From a virus (Duplodnaviria; Caudoviricetes): 41,723 nt of DNA. A model generated the notes under the pieces. It searched no databases. It had not been told where the DNA came from and worked only from the letters and a program-made list of their open reading frames with translations. Positions 34,401 to 41,723 of the stretch are shown here, one piece after another. Position 1 is the stretch's first letter. Every line of letters begins with the position of its first letter. The DNA is taken from IMG/VR virus record IMGVR_UViG_3300038673_000125, positions 1 through 41,723 of that record, one strand, 5' to 3'. A program made the position numbers and the translations under genes.

Positions 34401-36949
34401 AGCGCCGCCTTGTCGGAAGCGCCCCGTCCGTTGGAACATCAGCCGATTCGGGGAACATATTCAAAAAGCGGCTTGGGTCTGATCTGGATATCATAATGCC
34501 AATCGACAGCCTTATGAATTATCTGCCGCGTATTGTAGCTGAAATGCGTAAGGTGAGGGCAAAGCAAGAATTCCACCTCAGATACCAGGATACGCCGGGG
34601 CTCGGTCTTTGGGCGCGGCCTGTAACGCCTGATGCGGTGGAAAGCAGCGTGAGCACAGAGGGCATAAGAGAACTGCTCGAAAAAACGCTTCTGGACAAAG
34701 CGGATCCTGATGCGCTGGCGACCGTGTTTGATAAACTCGGAGAGCGCTGGTCGGAATGGCGCATGACGAAGGATACAAGCCTGCCAAACGTGATGGATGT
34801 ACCTTTGCCGGACGGGGAAACTGTTCTGTATCAAATTGATGATCCGAATGTGTTTGATATGTTCATGGGGAACAATGACAATATTCCGGCCGTGCCGACT
34901 GGTTTCAGGTATTTAGGCAAGTTCACCAAACTCTTGCAGCGCATGTATACGTCCGCTTCCCCTGCGTTCTTGGTTTCAAACCCGCTGAACGACGTCATTG
35001 AAGCGACGGTAAACAGCACGTTCGCTACAACCACCTTTGACGCCGTGGCAAAAGCTGTACCGCAAATGATTGACATATACCGCAAGCAGGGCAGGTTTCA
35101 AAACTTTATGGCACTCGGCGGCGGTGGATGGCATCGTGTCGATGTTGGCACGGAGCGCGGCATCAGCGATTATCGCAACGAGGTAATGAAAAAATACTGG
35201 CGATCGTCTGCGAAAGAGGTTGGGAAAGCAGCCGTGCAGACTGTTGGCGACGTTTTGACGATCGAGCCGGTTCAGGAAGCCAACGAAAATATGTTCCGGT
35301 ATCTTGAATTCCTAAGCAAGAATTACGATCGGTCAACAGAGATCGGGAATTACGAAGCGTTTGTTGCCGGACAGAACGTATCGACCAATTTTGCCGGGCA
35401 CGGAAGGTCAAAGACAGTCGCAATCCTGCGGACAATGGTGCCGTTCCTGAACCCTGCGCTTCAAGGAACCTATCGTGATGCACGGGCTATGACCGGTGAT
35501 CGTCGCGGGAAAGTTATTGCCAAACTAGTTTTCAACGGCCTGCTTCTGCGCGGGCTTGCGTTGGTCGCTCGGAAAGCGTTTTTCGATGATGATGATAAGG
35601 AATACGAAACGCTGCCGGCAGAAATCAAAATGAGCAATGTGATCTTCCCAAATATATTTGGCGAAGATGCTCCCGACTGGATGACCGCAGCGGACAGACG
35701 GTTTATCAGGATCCCGATGGGTAGGAGCCCGCTTGCGTATCTTGCATCAGGAACCGCCACGGCCTTGATAGACTACGCGGACGGTAAGGACGATATCGGC
35801 ACACAGGCTATCATGATGGCGGCGGCATTTGCTGACGATCTCACGTTTGGCGTTAGCTCGATATTCACAACCAGCGGCGAATTGAAAGAGCGTTTTAACA
35901 GTCTGATGCAAGGCACGGTAGCCGCGTCTTTATGGGGAGTTTCCACGAACCAGACATACTTCGGGGATTCGATTGAGAACGTCGGCATGAGCTACCTTCC
36001 GCAATCTTTACGGTACAATGATTATACTTCTTCGCTCGCGAAATCGATTGGTGGCGCGCTGAACGTTTCTCCTGTACAGCTTGATTATCTGATCCAGCAA
36101 ACATTCGGCGTAGGCGGGCAGGTTATCCTTGACTCAATCGATAAAGGCGGGAATGTGCTACAGTCTGTCGCTGATACGATCGCAAAACGGCTTACAATCG
36201 ATCCGTCGTACTCAAACGACATCACTGATATGTATTATGCCGATAGGCAAACCCTGAACCAGCTTGTGCAGGGCGGTACGCGCATGGATTCTGATGGCGG
36301 GCTTCTGAACCCTGGGCTTACCGATACGGAGCGCAAAAACGCATTCGAGGAAGCCAAGGCGCTTATTGCTGCTGATGGTACATTCGGGCAGATAGACAAG
36401 GCGATCACTACGGCATGGGACAAGATCAATGAGGTTGTTGCGAACGATACGCTGACGGCAAAAGAAAAGCGCCTGCTGACGCGCGATATTCGCGATCAGA
36501 TTGTTGCGCTCGAATTCAGCGCACATCAAACCATGGGCGAATTCAATGCGAAATATGTTTCTGGGAACAGCAGCTTGATCGAACTGATGCAGCCGCAGGA
36601 ACTTGTACCGTATAATGCGCTGGAAAAACTGAGCGAAGTATTCACAGGCGCGTACAATGACGGCAATCCGGTCATGACAAACCTTGTTGAGCTTTGGCAG
36701 GAAACTGGACTGGATAAATATTTGCCGACACCGCGAGCGAGCGATATCAGCAAAGAGGTCCCGGACGATAAGCTGGAAGATTGGGACGCTGCATATTGGG
36801 ACGGATTTTCAAGCTATATCGGAGCACATATCTCAGGATGGGATGGGCTGACCGAAGAAGAAAAGGCCAAGATTATTTCATCAGCGAAGTCCAGCGGGAC
36901 AACCGCCGCAAAGAATTGGTATGAGAAATTGAAAAGCCTCCAAGATTAA
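28457..36949 (+). CDS. Giant (2830 aa) internal virion / polyvalent-type protein with a zincin-like motif and possible LPD38-like C-terminal region
   Basis: Uninterrupted ORF with GGAG RBS; Gly/Ala-rich hydrophobic segment; coiled coils; HELGH...ESFAE; VPFLNPALQG...FIRIP region. Confidence 0.8.
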   Translation: MPNYSTVATALQQLLYEKDDSDKWYSGDAPTESEILAKIYTVYGADTKSTKQYFSALNLLHTDKSSPLYNPYTAATNSALRAISDYGVDTSRGITDDWIQEYSYLKNYYRVGEGGTPLAPSAKSSNEENAAYYYYKILKSEETTRKAETEWAALQEEINYWAARTDRNYSDQQILDKIDWSKYSTLTALDEDKNLGTPTSLNRAIDYSTDVLSGVVWGARNKSTGNVFVDSVQAALGAGRQYRQDADIAAKLDPTSDQFNPYSVGSTADAAMLYFGISSADDDWLTKNRGILSSGDKTAINYYQTLFDARQFTKQAESELERLYADIDEYLLTSSDPDRIIDNLLTDSAIRSTEKYGEEGYPTLRKLDSSLKSGELYNTSGAIDYRWSDVEQYIRDRCEEINAEKAEILRVKSENSVTEIKNEIINSAGDTIKYVGTDGEKDAFNFTYSANFNEYVNAIKAEIDNGKMTGGATYEYALGRANEYAAKNYMALKDTVAKYESAQAELAEAQAGLAEAEKSGENMLALDSDVTRMNIAVSENTAYLEKNKAKYEKALQGITAIEEAYTAANEIGDIVGGDISDGIVPVMNFAYEYGSEYIPTEWSPQTIYDAAIEAGYSFDEVSAIAEAQLPVLEENIKTIDFALSVLKENKVQIDGSYINNLNRRKSEFIRDTKDAQYLLLQNEQDFESKSSEYAQKVKDAWKGYNPLVTFNNKPILGTGSKEGFSYLSLCMVDITKSLGQNYAAAMTEAERNTYLYLADTQGEEAAQEYYTHLTDATYGAVIVRQSQKFGEIVQDFADQNAIGATVLSIVASPLQISGTIYAAGTAIAGNEINPYNPAFSMTTLVQGSRETVKANITESLGEGTFGAFAANLAYDIGTTSADSLTSAYLGGSAIGGTLLMSGEATAAVIQYAKQRGATDEQALSVGGIAFAAEFATEIIPQTLMRKAFRAGAAGNVSAFKKIIAADITSGTLGEMLAELIEGTSDTLIMGELSQREQRVNSYIDQGMTAEEAEKQANWDFFYEIGYAGLVGLFAEGTGQVSAFTAGKISSVFKPTQKNTPPSDNAPVEPENGPNLNDNIAGANIQTEVETPAGEQAGNGQGQVEAESPVVEPVQAENVASVEPPAEINADLSEESEEIQRIFPIAYDRARTDTITRYAAKQIADQIKAEGRVYSAGSLANAIMALSDATTAENFLSGVKEIAADLATDNSAVTEEYSEIKQILRDRVFRLSDAQRSEAKNSSDGMRRFMNSIVGKTKMRNDAQITLDQLWPELNDKAPNLFEADIAETDMPRLLTEALDTIYAKGKPDPKAQQEYLEFILSAIAISEKPKESTVRSLAALGEALMTNDLAGQAAAVAASLEESSADTDAAVAASKALIKQHGARTVVKTMRDIKKLDVPGAELAVMAAALSQDAKANAALNTLFLSPTTKRNINALINAAKGIADRGAMQAAITDSMVSERVKELVGAGKLQGLQSLQASLSQSRQNLTESQAKLEQAQRDYDISGENAQIANAQFIQNPSAPELRNRVSQAVNELKGKAIVVQQMQESVEKYTTQLAAADKMLKSARNNAMKDVRQQAMDEVKQAQTEREAGIKAAILREAVMPEPMQEVPLFAKASQRGTEPAGRTRTAAPAQVVSPVETAVQLADALGIGKTISTRKMNRFPSKVKGYYLERARHMAIRSGNSSDFTITMHELGHAVSERLGMVGTDEMISNLPGMFADQYSADALPKESFAEFFWRYIEDEGTARAFAGDPFYNNFEREMKRAGIYDAVAESRDRIQTYNSVSTIEQTKARLVDASKKTYSKDGILDTLHNRLRNFEAGTFNWTAFARDIDKQITKQGGKAAVETLLQMRNFSARQAGNMLKNPLFDPTGRYQIAGSFADTLAPYITPQTFEDYNAYLILLHSLDMDALNIEVLNTPRADRQAAVAEMEQANPEFKEARAALSEWWDALMTAYMVEPGLLSAETYAEWKKQNPNYVPQRRLVGSAPSVGTSADSGNIFKKRLGSDLDIIMPIDSLMNYLPRIVAEMRKVRAKQEFHLRYQDTPGLGLWARPVTPDAVESSVSTEGIRELLEKTLLDKADPDALATVFDKLGERWSEWRMTKDTSLPNVMDVPLPDGETVLYQIDDPNVFDMFMGNNDNIPAVPTGFRYLGKFTKLLQRMYTSASPAFLVSNPLNDVIEATVNSTFATTTFDAVAKAVPQMIDIYRKQGRFQNFMALGGGGWHRVDVGTERGISDYRNEVMKKYWRSSAKEVGKAAVQTVGDVLTIEPVQEANENMFRYLEFLSKNYDRSTEIGNYEAFVAGQNVSTNFAGHGRSKTVAILRTMVPFLNPALQGTYRDARAMTGDRRGKVIAKLVFNGLLLRGLALVARKAFFDDDDKEYETLPAEIKMSNVIFPNIFGEDAPDWMTAADRRFIRIPMGRSPLAYLASGTATALIDYADGKDDIGTQAIMMAAAFADDLTFGVSSIFTTSGELKERFNSLMQGTVAASLWGVSTNQTYFGDSIENVGMSYLPQSLRYNDYTSSLAKSIGGALNVSPVQLDYLIQQTFGVGGQVILDSIDKGGNVLQSVADTIAKRLTIDPSYSNDITDMYYADRQTLNQLVQGGTRMDSDGGLLNPGLTDTERKNAFEEAKALIAADGTFGQIDKAITTAWDKINEVVANDTLTAKEKRLLTRDIRDQIVALEFSAHQTMGEFNAKYVSGNSSLIELMQPQELVPYNALEKLSEVFTGAYNDGNPVMTNLVELWQETGLDKYLPTPRASDISKEVPDDKLEDWDAAYWDGFSSYIGAHISGWDGLTEEEKAKIISSAKSSGTTAAKNWYEKLKSLQD

Positions 36950-36959
36950 TCTTGGAGGC
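36936..36959. terminator. Perfect 24-bp palindrome at the convergence of the two genome arms
   Basis: GCCTCCAAGATT|AATCTTGGAGGC; contains the TAA of the giant gene; no U-tract on the plus strand, TTTT on the minus strand. Confidence 0.6.
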
Positions 36960-36979
36960 GGCATAGGCAATGTACTCAG

Positions 36980-37264
36980 TCAGCATTGGTCGCCCCACGG
37001 CGTATCCGCCATCTGCTCGGCGGTAAGGCTTTCCCTTTCACGTGTTTCCACTCCGGCTAATATTTCTATGGCGAGTTGTTTGCCTTCTGCCATTTCGCGT
37101 GATGCGGCAAGCTGGGCGGTCAGGCTGGCGTTTTGCTCAATGGCGTTCATTGGTATGTGCAATTCGTCAGCTCCAAGCGTGCATGGATAGCCGTGCTGCA
37201 GGCAGTAGCGAAGCCGATCTACAATATCCTGCTGATCTTTGGTCAAGATGTTATCCATTGTCAT
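36980..37264 (-). CDS. Hypothetical protein
   Basis: AAGGGAGAG RBS; last gene of the leftward arm. Confidence 0.6.
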   Translation of the reverse strand: MTMDNILTKDQQDIVDRLRYCLQHGYPCTLGADELHIPMNAIEQNASLTAQLAASREMAEGKQLAIEILAGVETRERESLTAEQMADTPWGDQC

Positions 37265-37568
37265 GCTCTCCCTTTAGTTCAAGAATTTGTTGTGCAAGTC
37301 CGATGTTAACCGCTTCGAGCGTAGCGTTTTCGATTTCTAGGCGGTCGTTATCGTCAAGCAGTTCGGGTACGGCGGTACGGGCGGCGGCGATAAACTCTTT
37401 ATCACAGCCGTGTATAAAGAGTCCTGCTTCTTCGTTGCTTTCCAATGTCGATTTGAGCACCACCGGAAACTCCCTGTCTGCGCAAAGGGTATCGTCAATC
37501 CAATTCCACGGCCCTTTGCTCGCCCTCTCGCACAGCCCCCGCAGTTCCTTGATACGCTGTTCAGTCAT
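37251..37568 (-). CDS. Ead/Ea22-like phage protein
   Basis: ATG at 37568 after AGGAGG; ELRGLCERASKGPW...DKEFIAAARTAVPELLD. Confidence 0.7.
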   Translation of the reverse strand: MTEQRIKELRGLCERASKGPWNWIDDTLCADREFPVVLKSTLESNEEAGLFIHGCDKEFIAAARTAVPELLDDNDRLEIENATLEAVNIGLAQQILELKGEHDNG

Positions 37569-37749
37569 TGGGTTGTTCCTCCTGTTCTTCGTTGGTTTGT
37601 ATTTCATACGGCTGTTCTTCGTACGGCGGTTCTTGTTGCGGTTGATTTCGGTCGTAAAATCCCCTTTGCTCCAAATCACATTCTTCGCAAAGTTCCCCAA
37701 AACGTCCGTACCCATCACCGCGCCGTCCGCAACGTAAGCAGTTTCCCAT
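37561..37749 (-). CDS. Small acidic Cys4 protein
   Basis: AAGGAGG RBS; CLRC...CEEC. Confidence 0.65.
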   Translation of the reverse strand: MGNCLRCGRRGDGYGRFGELCEECDLEQRGFYDRNQPQQEPPYEEQPYEIQTNEEQEEQPND

Positions 37750-37926
37750 TTATTGTTCCTCCTTAACGTCACATATGTCTGCGCAGAACGATCGTCCGCA
37801 TCCATACCAGCATTTGTGCTCCGGTTTGTATAGCCAATCCCCGGTAAGTTCAAACGGCGGCACGTCATTTTTTGGCGTGATAAGCATCGTTCCGCGAAAA
37901 GCTATATAACCCTCTACAATTATCAT
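37750..37926 (-). CDS. Hypothetical protein (58 aa; absent from the ORF track)
   Basis: RBS upstream; MIIVEGYIAFRGTM...CADICDVKEEQ; its stop abuts the next start. Confidence 0.65.
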   Translation of the reverse strand: MIIVEGYIAFRGTMLITPKNDVPPFELTGDWLYKPEHKCWYGCGRSFCADICDVKEEQ

Positions 37927-38033
37927 TCCCCTTGTTCCTCCTTAATCACCTTCAACAACAGTGCAATCAGCATATACGGCAAGTCTTTTATCCACTCAAA
38001 TATCTTCCGCATCCTAGTTTTGATGTAGATCAT
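37923..38033 (-). CDS. 36-aa peptide
   Basis: GGAGG RBS; ATGA overlaps at both ends. Confidence 0.5.
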   Translation of the reverse strand: MIYIKTRMRKIFEWIKDLPYMLIALLLKVIKEEQGE

Positions 38034-38323
38034 GGCGTATCCTCCATCATGCAAGCCCCGCAGTTCGGGCAGTAGTTTGAAAGAAAATACATGTCATCGT
38101 CTGCCAGAGCAATATGATCACAATTAGAGCAGCGCGGCCTATCATCATCTCCGTCAGGCAATATCCATTTGGCGGGAACCACTGGAGCAACGTCGGCGGC
38201 GGGAAGCCTGACGATTCTGCCGCGCGCTTCGATTGTTCCAATTCTATCACCATCAGGATCAAACGCATCGAGCGCATCTGCTCGCTTAATATAGTCTGTT
38301 GGCGGTTCGTATCGTTTACTCAT
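38030..38323 (-). CDS. Zinc-ribbon phage protein
   Basis: AAGGAGG then ATG at 38323; YIKRADAL..PAADVAPV..CSNC..YCPNCGA. Confidence 0.8.
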   Translation of the reverse strand: MSKRYEPPTDYIKRADALDAFDPDGDRIGTIEARGRIVRLPAADVAPVVPAKWILPDGDDDRPRCSNCDHIALADDDMYFLSNYCPNCGACMMEDTP

Positions 38324-38753
38324 GGTCGGCCTCCTTGTTGATGACTGTAGTCTTTTTTTCTCGCAGCTTGAATGATTGTGTCCACCCATGATCGTCCGTT
38401 GTTCGAACAAGCTCATTTTTCTGCAAGCATTCATAGATTTTGTGCAGGCAATAGTAGCATCCGTCGTGTTCTCCATCTTTACACGATTCGCAATCCGGAC
38501 AAATGAAAGTATCGCAAAATTCGCCACACGCATTCTGAAAATCTTCGTCCGTTACGCCACCGTCAGGGTCCATGTAATTCCACAGCTCGCTTACAATGTA
38601 AGAGCACTCTTTGTGAGATTTCCAGTCGTATATGCCGTCATATTTCAACGTCGCATAGTTGTAGACTTCACCCGGTTCGATGTACGCGCCGCAATAATCG
38701 CACTTATGGCGCTTCCTAGCTTTTCTTTCGCATTGCGTCAATAATTCACACAT
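38316..38753 (-). CDS. Cys-rich hypothetical protein
   Basis: RKARKRHKCDYCGAYIEPGEVY motif; overlaps its neighbours. Confidence 0.75.
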   Translation of the reverse strand: MCELLTQCERKARKRHKCDYCGAYIEPGEVYNYATLKYDGIYDWKSHKECSYIVSELWNYMDPDGGVTDEDFQNACGEFCDTFICPDCESCKDGEHDGCYYCLHKIYECLQKNELVRTTDDHGWTQSFKLREKKTTVINKEADHE

Positions 38754-39292
38754 TATTCTTCCCCCTCATACGCCGCCTGTCCGACGCGAGCCGCACAATG
38801 AAACGCCTTCATTCCGTTGTCTTTAAGCGTTCCCAGCAACCAAAGCATCAGGGCTTCTGTTTCTGGATGGATTATGCGCTTGTCACGCACACGCATATGA
38901 TAATTGTACGGGCTCTGCTGCTCCCATTTGGCGCTCTCGTATATCTTACCCGCCCCTATCCAATCGCACATCATTTCAACAACGTAGCGATAGGGCATCT
39001 TAATCGGGTCGTTCTTTCGTTCTCCGACGTTATCAATCCAGTATTCCCAATGGTGCGGATTGTGCCCTTTATGGTGCTGCCATGCAATAGAATATCCTTT
39101 GGCTTCCTTTTCCGCATCGATAGGGCTTCTTGTGCCTTGAAAGTATTTGGCGCTTGATGCAAACTCTGTGATGCCGAACTTGCTGTTATCGTGGATCAGC
39201 CCAAGCCAGAATTGACCGCACATAAAACATTGCCACATGACAACCATTTTATGCCTGAATATCACAGAAAAATGCCTAATGTATCTTGTCAT
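38753..39292 (-). CDS. DUF5662-like (HD-fold-like) protein
   Basis: HDNSKF, WQHHKGHNPHHWEYW, EMMCDWIGAG. Confidence 0.8.
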   Translation of the reverse strand: MTRYIRHFSVIFRHKMVVMWQCFMCGQFWLGLIHDNSKFGITEFASSAKYFQGTRSPIDAEKEAKGYSIAWQHHKGHNPHHWEYWIDNVGERKNDPIKMPYRYVVEMMCDWIGAGKIYESAKWEQQSPYNYHMRVRDKRIIHPETEALMLWLLGTLKDNGMKAFHCAARVGQAAYEGEE

Positions 39293-39510
39293 TCTTCCAC
39301 CTCATACTCCGCCCCACAAAACGGGCAAAAGCTATGCAATATTGCAATTCCCTTTTCCTGTTTCCCAGATTTGCAGCGCGGATTATCAATCTCATAGGTC
39401 ACATTTGTAAAGGTCTTTCCTGAAAACAGTTCAAACGGAACGGATACGTCGAGATTGTGGGTTTCTTTCATCCCGGCCTTGATTCGTTCGATGCATCCAC
39501 ACTGTTTCAT
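39289..39510 (-). CDS. Small Cys4 protein
   Basis: CGC...FCPFCG; AAGGGAG RBS. Confidence 0.7.
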   Translation of the reverse strand: MKQCGCIERIKAGMKETHNLDVSVPFELFSGKTFTNVTYEIDNPRCKSGKQEKGIAILHSFCPFCGAEYEVEE

Positions 39511-39632
39511 AAATTTCTCCCTTCATACGCCGCCCTTGCGTTCTTCACAAGCGCGTGTAGCTCGTCCGTCAAACTCGTCTAAGCAGCCAGTCCACGCCAC
39601 GATCGATCAGAACCGGAACGATCACGGCCAGT

Positions 39633-39980
39633 TTAATCATCCACAGAATCGCCCGGATTATTGTTGAGAGCAATCTTTGAACTCGCCATGTGATCCTCCG
39701 CATCGCGCAACCTCCCGTTAGCCGGATTGAATATGTTCCTTATCGAAACGCGCTTCATGTCTGCGCTCGGCTCAGAGTCTTTGAACGCGAACATTGTAAC
39801 GACCGCGCTGGTTCGGTTCATGATGCCGTGCCTGCTCACAACAAACCTGATCGCGCCGTTCTGTTCGAGCAGGGAAAGCAGCAGTTTTCCAGCTTCATCT
39901 TTCAACATTCCCGGATTCTTGCAGTCAACATTGGCGACATAAACTTGAATCTGATCTTGGTCAATCACGATTTTCGACAT
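39633..39980 (-). CDS. Hypothetical protein
   Basis: AAGGAG RBS after the helicase stop. Confidence 0.7.
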   Translation of the reverse strand: MSKIVIDQDQIQVYVANVDCKNPGMLKDEAGKLLLSLLEQNGAIRFVVSRHGIMNRTSAVVTMFAFKDSEPSADMKRVSIRNIFNPANGRLRDAEDHMASSKIALNNNPGDSVDD

Positions 39981-39994
39981 TGTTCTATCGCTCC

Positions 39995-41723
39995 TTAAAG
40001 AAATGGTAAATCTTCGACAGTTTTTTCGGCAGGTTCAGACGGTTGCGACGGTTCGGTCGGTGCTTCAATTTCCTGTGGATTAAATTCAACCGGGACATCC
40101 GGTACGCCGCTTTCGTCCGCGTCGCTGATAAGCTCGGGAGGAAGTTCTACCTGTTCATCTTCTTCATAAGGATTCTTCCCGTCCGCAGCGGGCGTTTTGA
40201 TCGCAATGCAGCGAGCGGCAATTTTTATGCTTGGTAGCCATTTGGTTATCGTCGTTCGGTTGTCCTCGCATCGGAGAAGGTTCTTGCGTTTCGCCCAGCT
40301 CAGGAAACTTTCGCTGCTGAAACTTGCATCCGACATAAGTTTATCGAAATGGCTTTTGATGATGTACGCATACCCGTCCGTTTCGATCTTGCCCCAGCAC
40401 TCGCCCTGATAATCCTCAAACTGGTTCGTCCCGAATCGGTTCGGATTGCTCGATATGGTATCCATCAGCCATCCATAAGCGCGTCGGTTCGCGTCGGCCA
40501 TTGCGGTCGTTGTCAGGTATGGGATAATATCGTCTGGTTTCAGGTTGTTCCCATCGTCGAAAATCAGCAGTTCGGCCAGCGCGTCAGCGGTCAAAATAAG
40601 TGACGCGGATAGGATCTGTTTGGGATCGGCTTTGCCGGCCAGTTGCTCTAGATAGTTGTTGTTGACATCGTGAGCTATATCCATTGCGTCCTTGGCTGAC
40701 AACTGCTCAACAAACATCTTTCCTGCATGTCCGTAATTTCTTGTCAGAGTTGAGGCGGCTCCGCGTGGATCCGCGAACAACCTTTCTGATTCGCAGTTCA
40801 GTTCGATAACACGCAGGACGGCGCCCATTCCGCTAGTCGGGCTTGTGATAGGCATTTCGCCCGTGGAAATCGTGCAGTTTCGCCACGTGGTAGTCCGTTG
40901 CAGGCCGCCCGTTCTGGATCCGCGAGTTTTGCCCGCGCCCTCGCAGAGCATGTAGATCAGTTCGTCAAATTGGTTTCGGTGCTGGTTCTTCACGCATTGC
41001 AGTTCGTCCAGGCAAAGCGGCAGATTCCCGCAGAATGCCGCCAGCAGTTCGTTTCCAACTTTGGTTCCATTGAATGTTTTCGTGAACTCGCCTGTATTTG
41101 GGCTACCCCATACGCTTGAGGCTAAGAACAGGCCCAATGTTTTGCCTGCCCCAGCGCCACCCCAAACATGCACAACGAACGGAAGCGCATCCATCTGACT
41201 GACCATCACGCTTGCGAAACTCGCCGCGAGCATAACTCTTGCGACAATACTGTTGCCGGCGCGTACCTGTTTGGCCAATTCTAACCACTTCTCATAGGAA
41301 CCCTCCGTCCTGACACAATTAAACATGTGCCGATTCTGTTCGTCGCCATCATAGATCAGGTTTTCCGTGTAGGGCGAGAAACCATATCCGTCCATCCAGC
41401 CGAGCCGGGAAACGCTTTTCACCTCCGGCAGATCGTCGTAGTTCAAATTTTCCATGGCCGACAAATACATTACAAGCTGTTTTGCATTTTCGCTATCAAC
41501 GCCGATACCGAATGAGGATAACGCGACGATTTTCTGCGACGCGGACAGGGTTTGCTTGTCAAAGATTGCCGTGCGCCAGACTTTCCCGCGACAAAAGGCA
41601 ATCTCAATTTTGACTTCCCCGGTATCAATATTGACAAGGCGGCGTATTGGCATGATCGGATGTGAGCAGACCATAATTGCACCAAACATGCCCCACGTCG
41701 TAATCCCCTCGTCGCCGCAACTG
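39995..41723 (-). CDS. DUF927/Cch-like replicative helicase (3' part; gene starts at 414 across the junction)
   Basis: VSRLGW, Walker A GGAGAGKT, Walker B LCLDE, GAGKTRG..TTWR..STGE, arginine-finger-like VLRVIE, NYGHAG. Confidence 0.88.
   Translation of the reverse strand, partial: SCGDEGITTWGMFGAIMVCSHPIMPIRRLVNIDTGEVKIEIAFCRGKVWRTAIFDKQTLSASQKIVALSSFGIGVDSENAKQLVMYLSAMENLNYDDLPEVKSVSRLGWMDGYGFSPYTENLIYDGDEQNRHMFNCVRTEGSYEKWLELAKQVRAGNSIVARVMLAASFASVMVSQMDALPFVVHVWGGAGAGKTLGLFLASSVWGSPNTGEFTKTFNGTKVGNELLAAFCGNLPLCLDELQCVKNQHRNQFDELIYMLCEGAGKTRGSRTGGLQRTTTWRNCTISTGEMPITSPTSGMGAVLRVIELNCESERLFADPRGAASTLTRNYGHAGKMFVEQLSAKDAMDIAHDVNNNYLEQLAGKADPKQILSASLILTADALAELLIFDDGNNLKPDDIIPYLTTTAMADANRRAYGWLMDTISSNPNRFGTNQFEDYQGECWGKIETDGYAYIIKSHFDKLMSDASFSSESFLSWAKRKNLLRCEDNRTTITKWLPSIKIAARCIAIKTPAADGKNPYEEDEQVELPPELISDADESGVPDVPVEFNPQEIEAPTEPSQPSEPAEKTVEDLPFL
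41594..41723. repeat. Imperfect terminal direct repeat, copy 2
   Basis: 119/130 identical to 1-130. Confidence 0.95.

Noticed and set aside
37251-37868. 205-aa ORF as listed in the track
   Set aside because: Its 5' half overlaps two better-supported small genes with strong RBSs; the real start is most likely 37568.
37752-37944. 14-bp direct repeat TTGTTCCTCCTTAA (about 37753 and 37932)
   Set aside because: It is the reverse complement of a reused RBS context (TTAAGGAGGAACAA), not an att site or array.
1-41723. tRNA genes, CRISPR arrays, IS elements
   Set aside because: No cloverleaf with T-loop consensus, no regularly spaced repeats and no transposase motifs found by eye; tRNAscan-SE would be needed to exclude tRNAs formally.

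Overview
The window appears to be a complete, circularly permuted genome (about 41,593 bp unique) of a podovirus-like tailed phage. The host is probably Bacillota/Clostridia, inferred from AAGGAGG ribosome binding sites, sigma-A-type promoters, a SpoIID+NlpC/P60 endolysin and an r1t-like holin. The minus-strand arm (36980-41723 joined to 1-9850) carries a DUF927/Cch-like helicase that spans the contig junction, a stand-alone CHC2 zinc finger, an ERCC4 nuclease, a RecE-like exonuclease, an SMC-like ATPase, an HNH, an XRE HTH, a C5-methyltransferase-like gene, ArdC and many small early genes. The plus-strand arm (11715-36949) carries terS, terL, portal, scaffold, major capsid, tail, lysis and ejection proteins, including a 2830-aa protein. 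No integrase is recognisable. Highlights: (1) terL is fractured into two genes by a naturally split intein, with a free-standing HNH gene between the halves; (2) a separately promoted and terminated small gene is a paralog of the helicase C-terminal domain (23/55 identities, ungapped) and sits beside a repeat-rich, AT-rich candidate origin; (3) a canonical type I hammerhead ribozyme lies directly upstream of ardC; (4) a tail-fibre ORF is interrupted by one in-frame TGA; (5) the dual-catalytic endolysin has an internal translation start; (6) an unlisted L33-like zinc-ribbon gene is present. All family assignments come from motif recognition by eye; no database searches were run.
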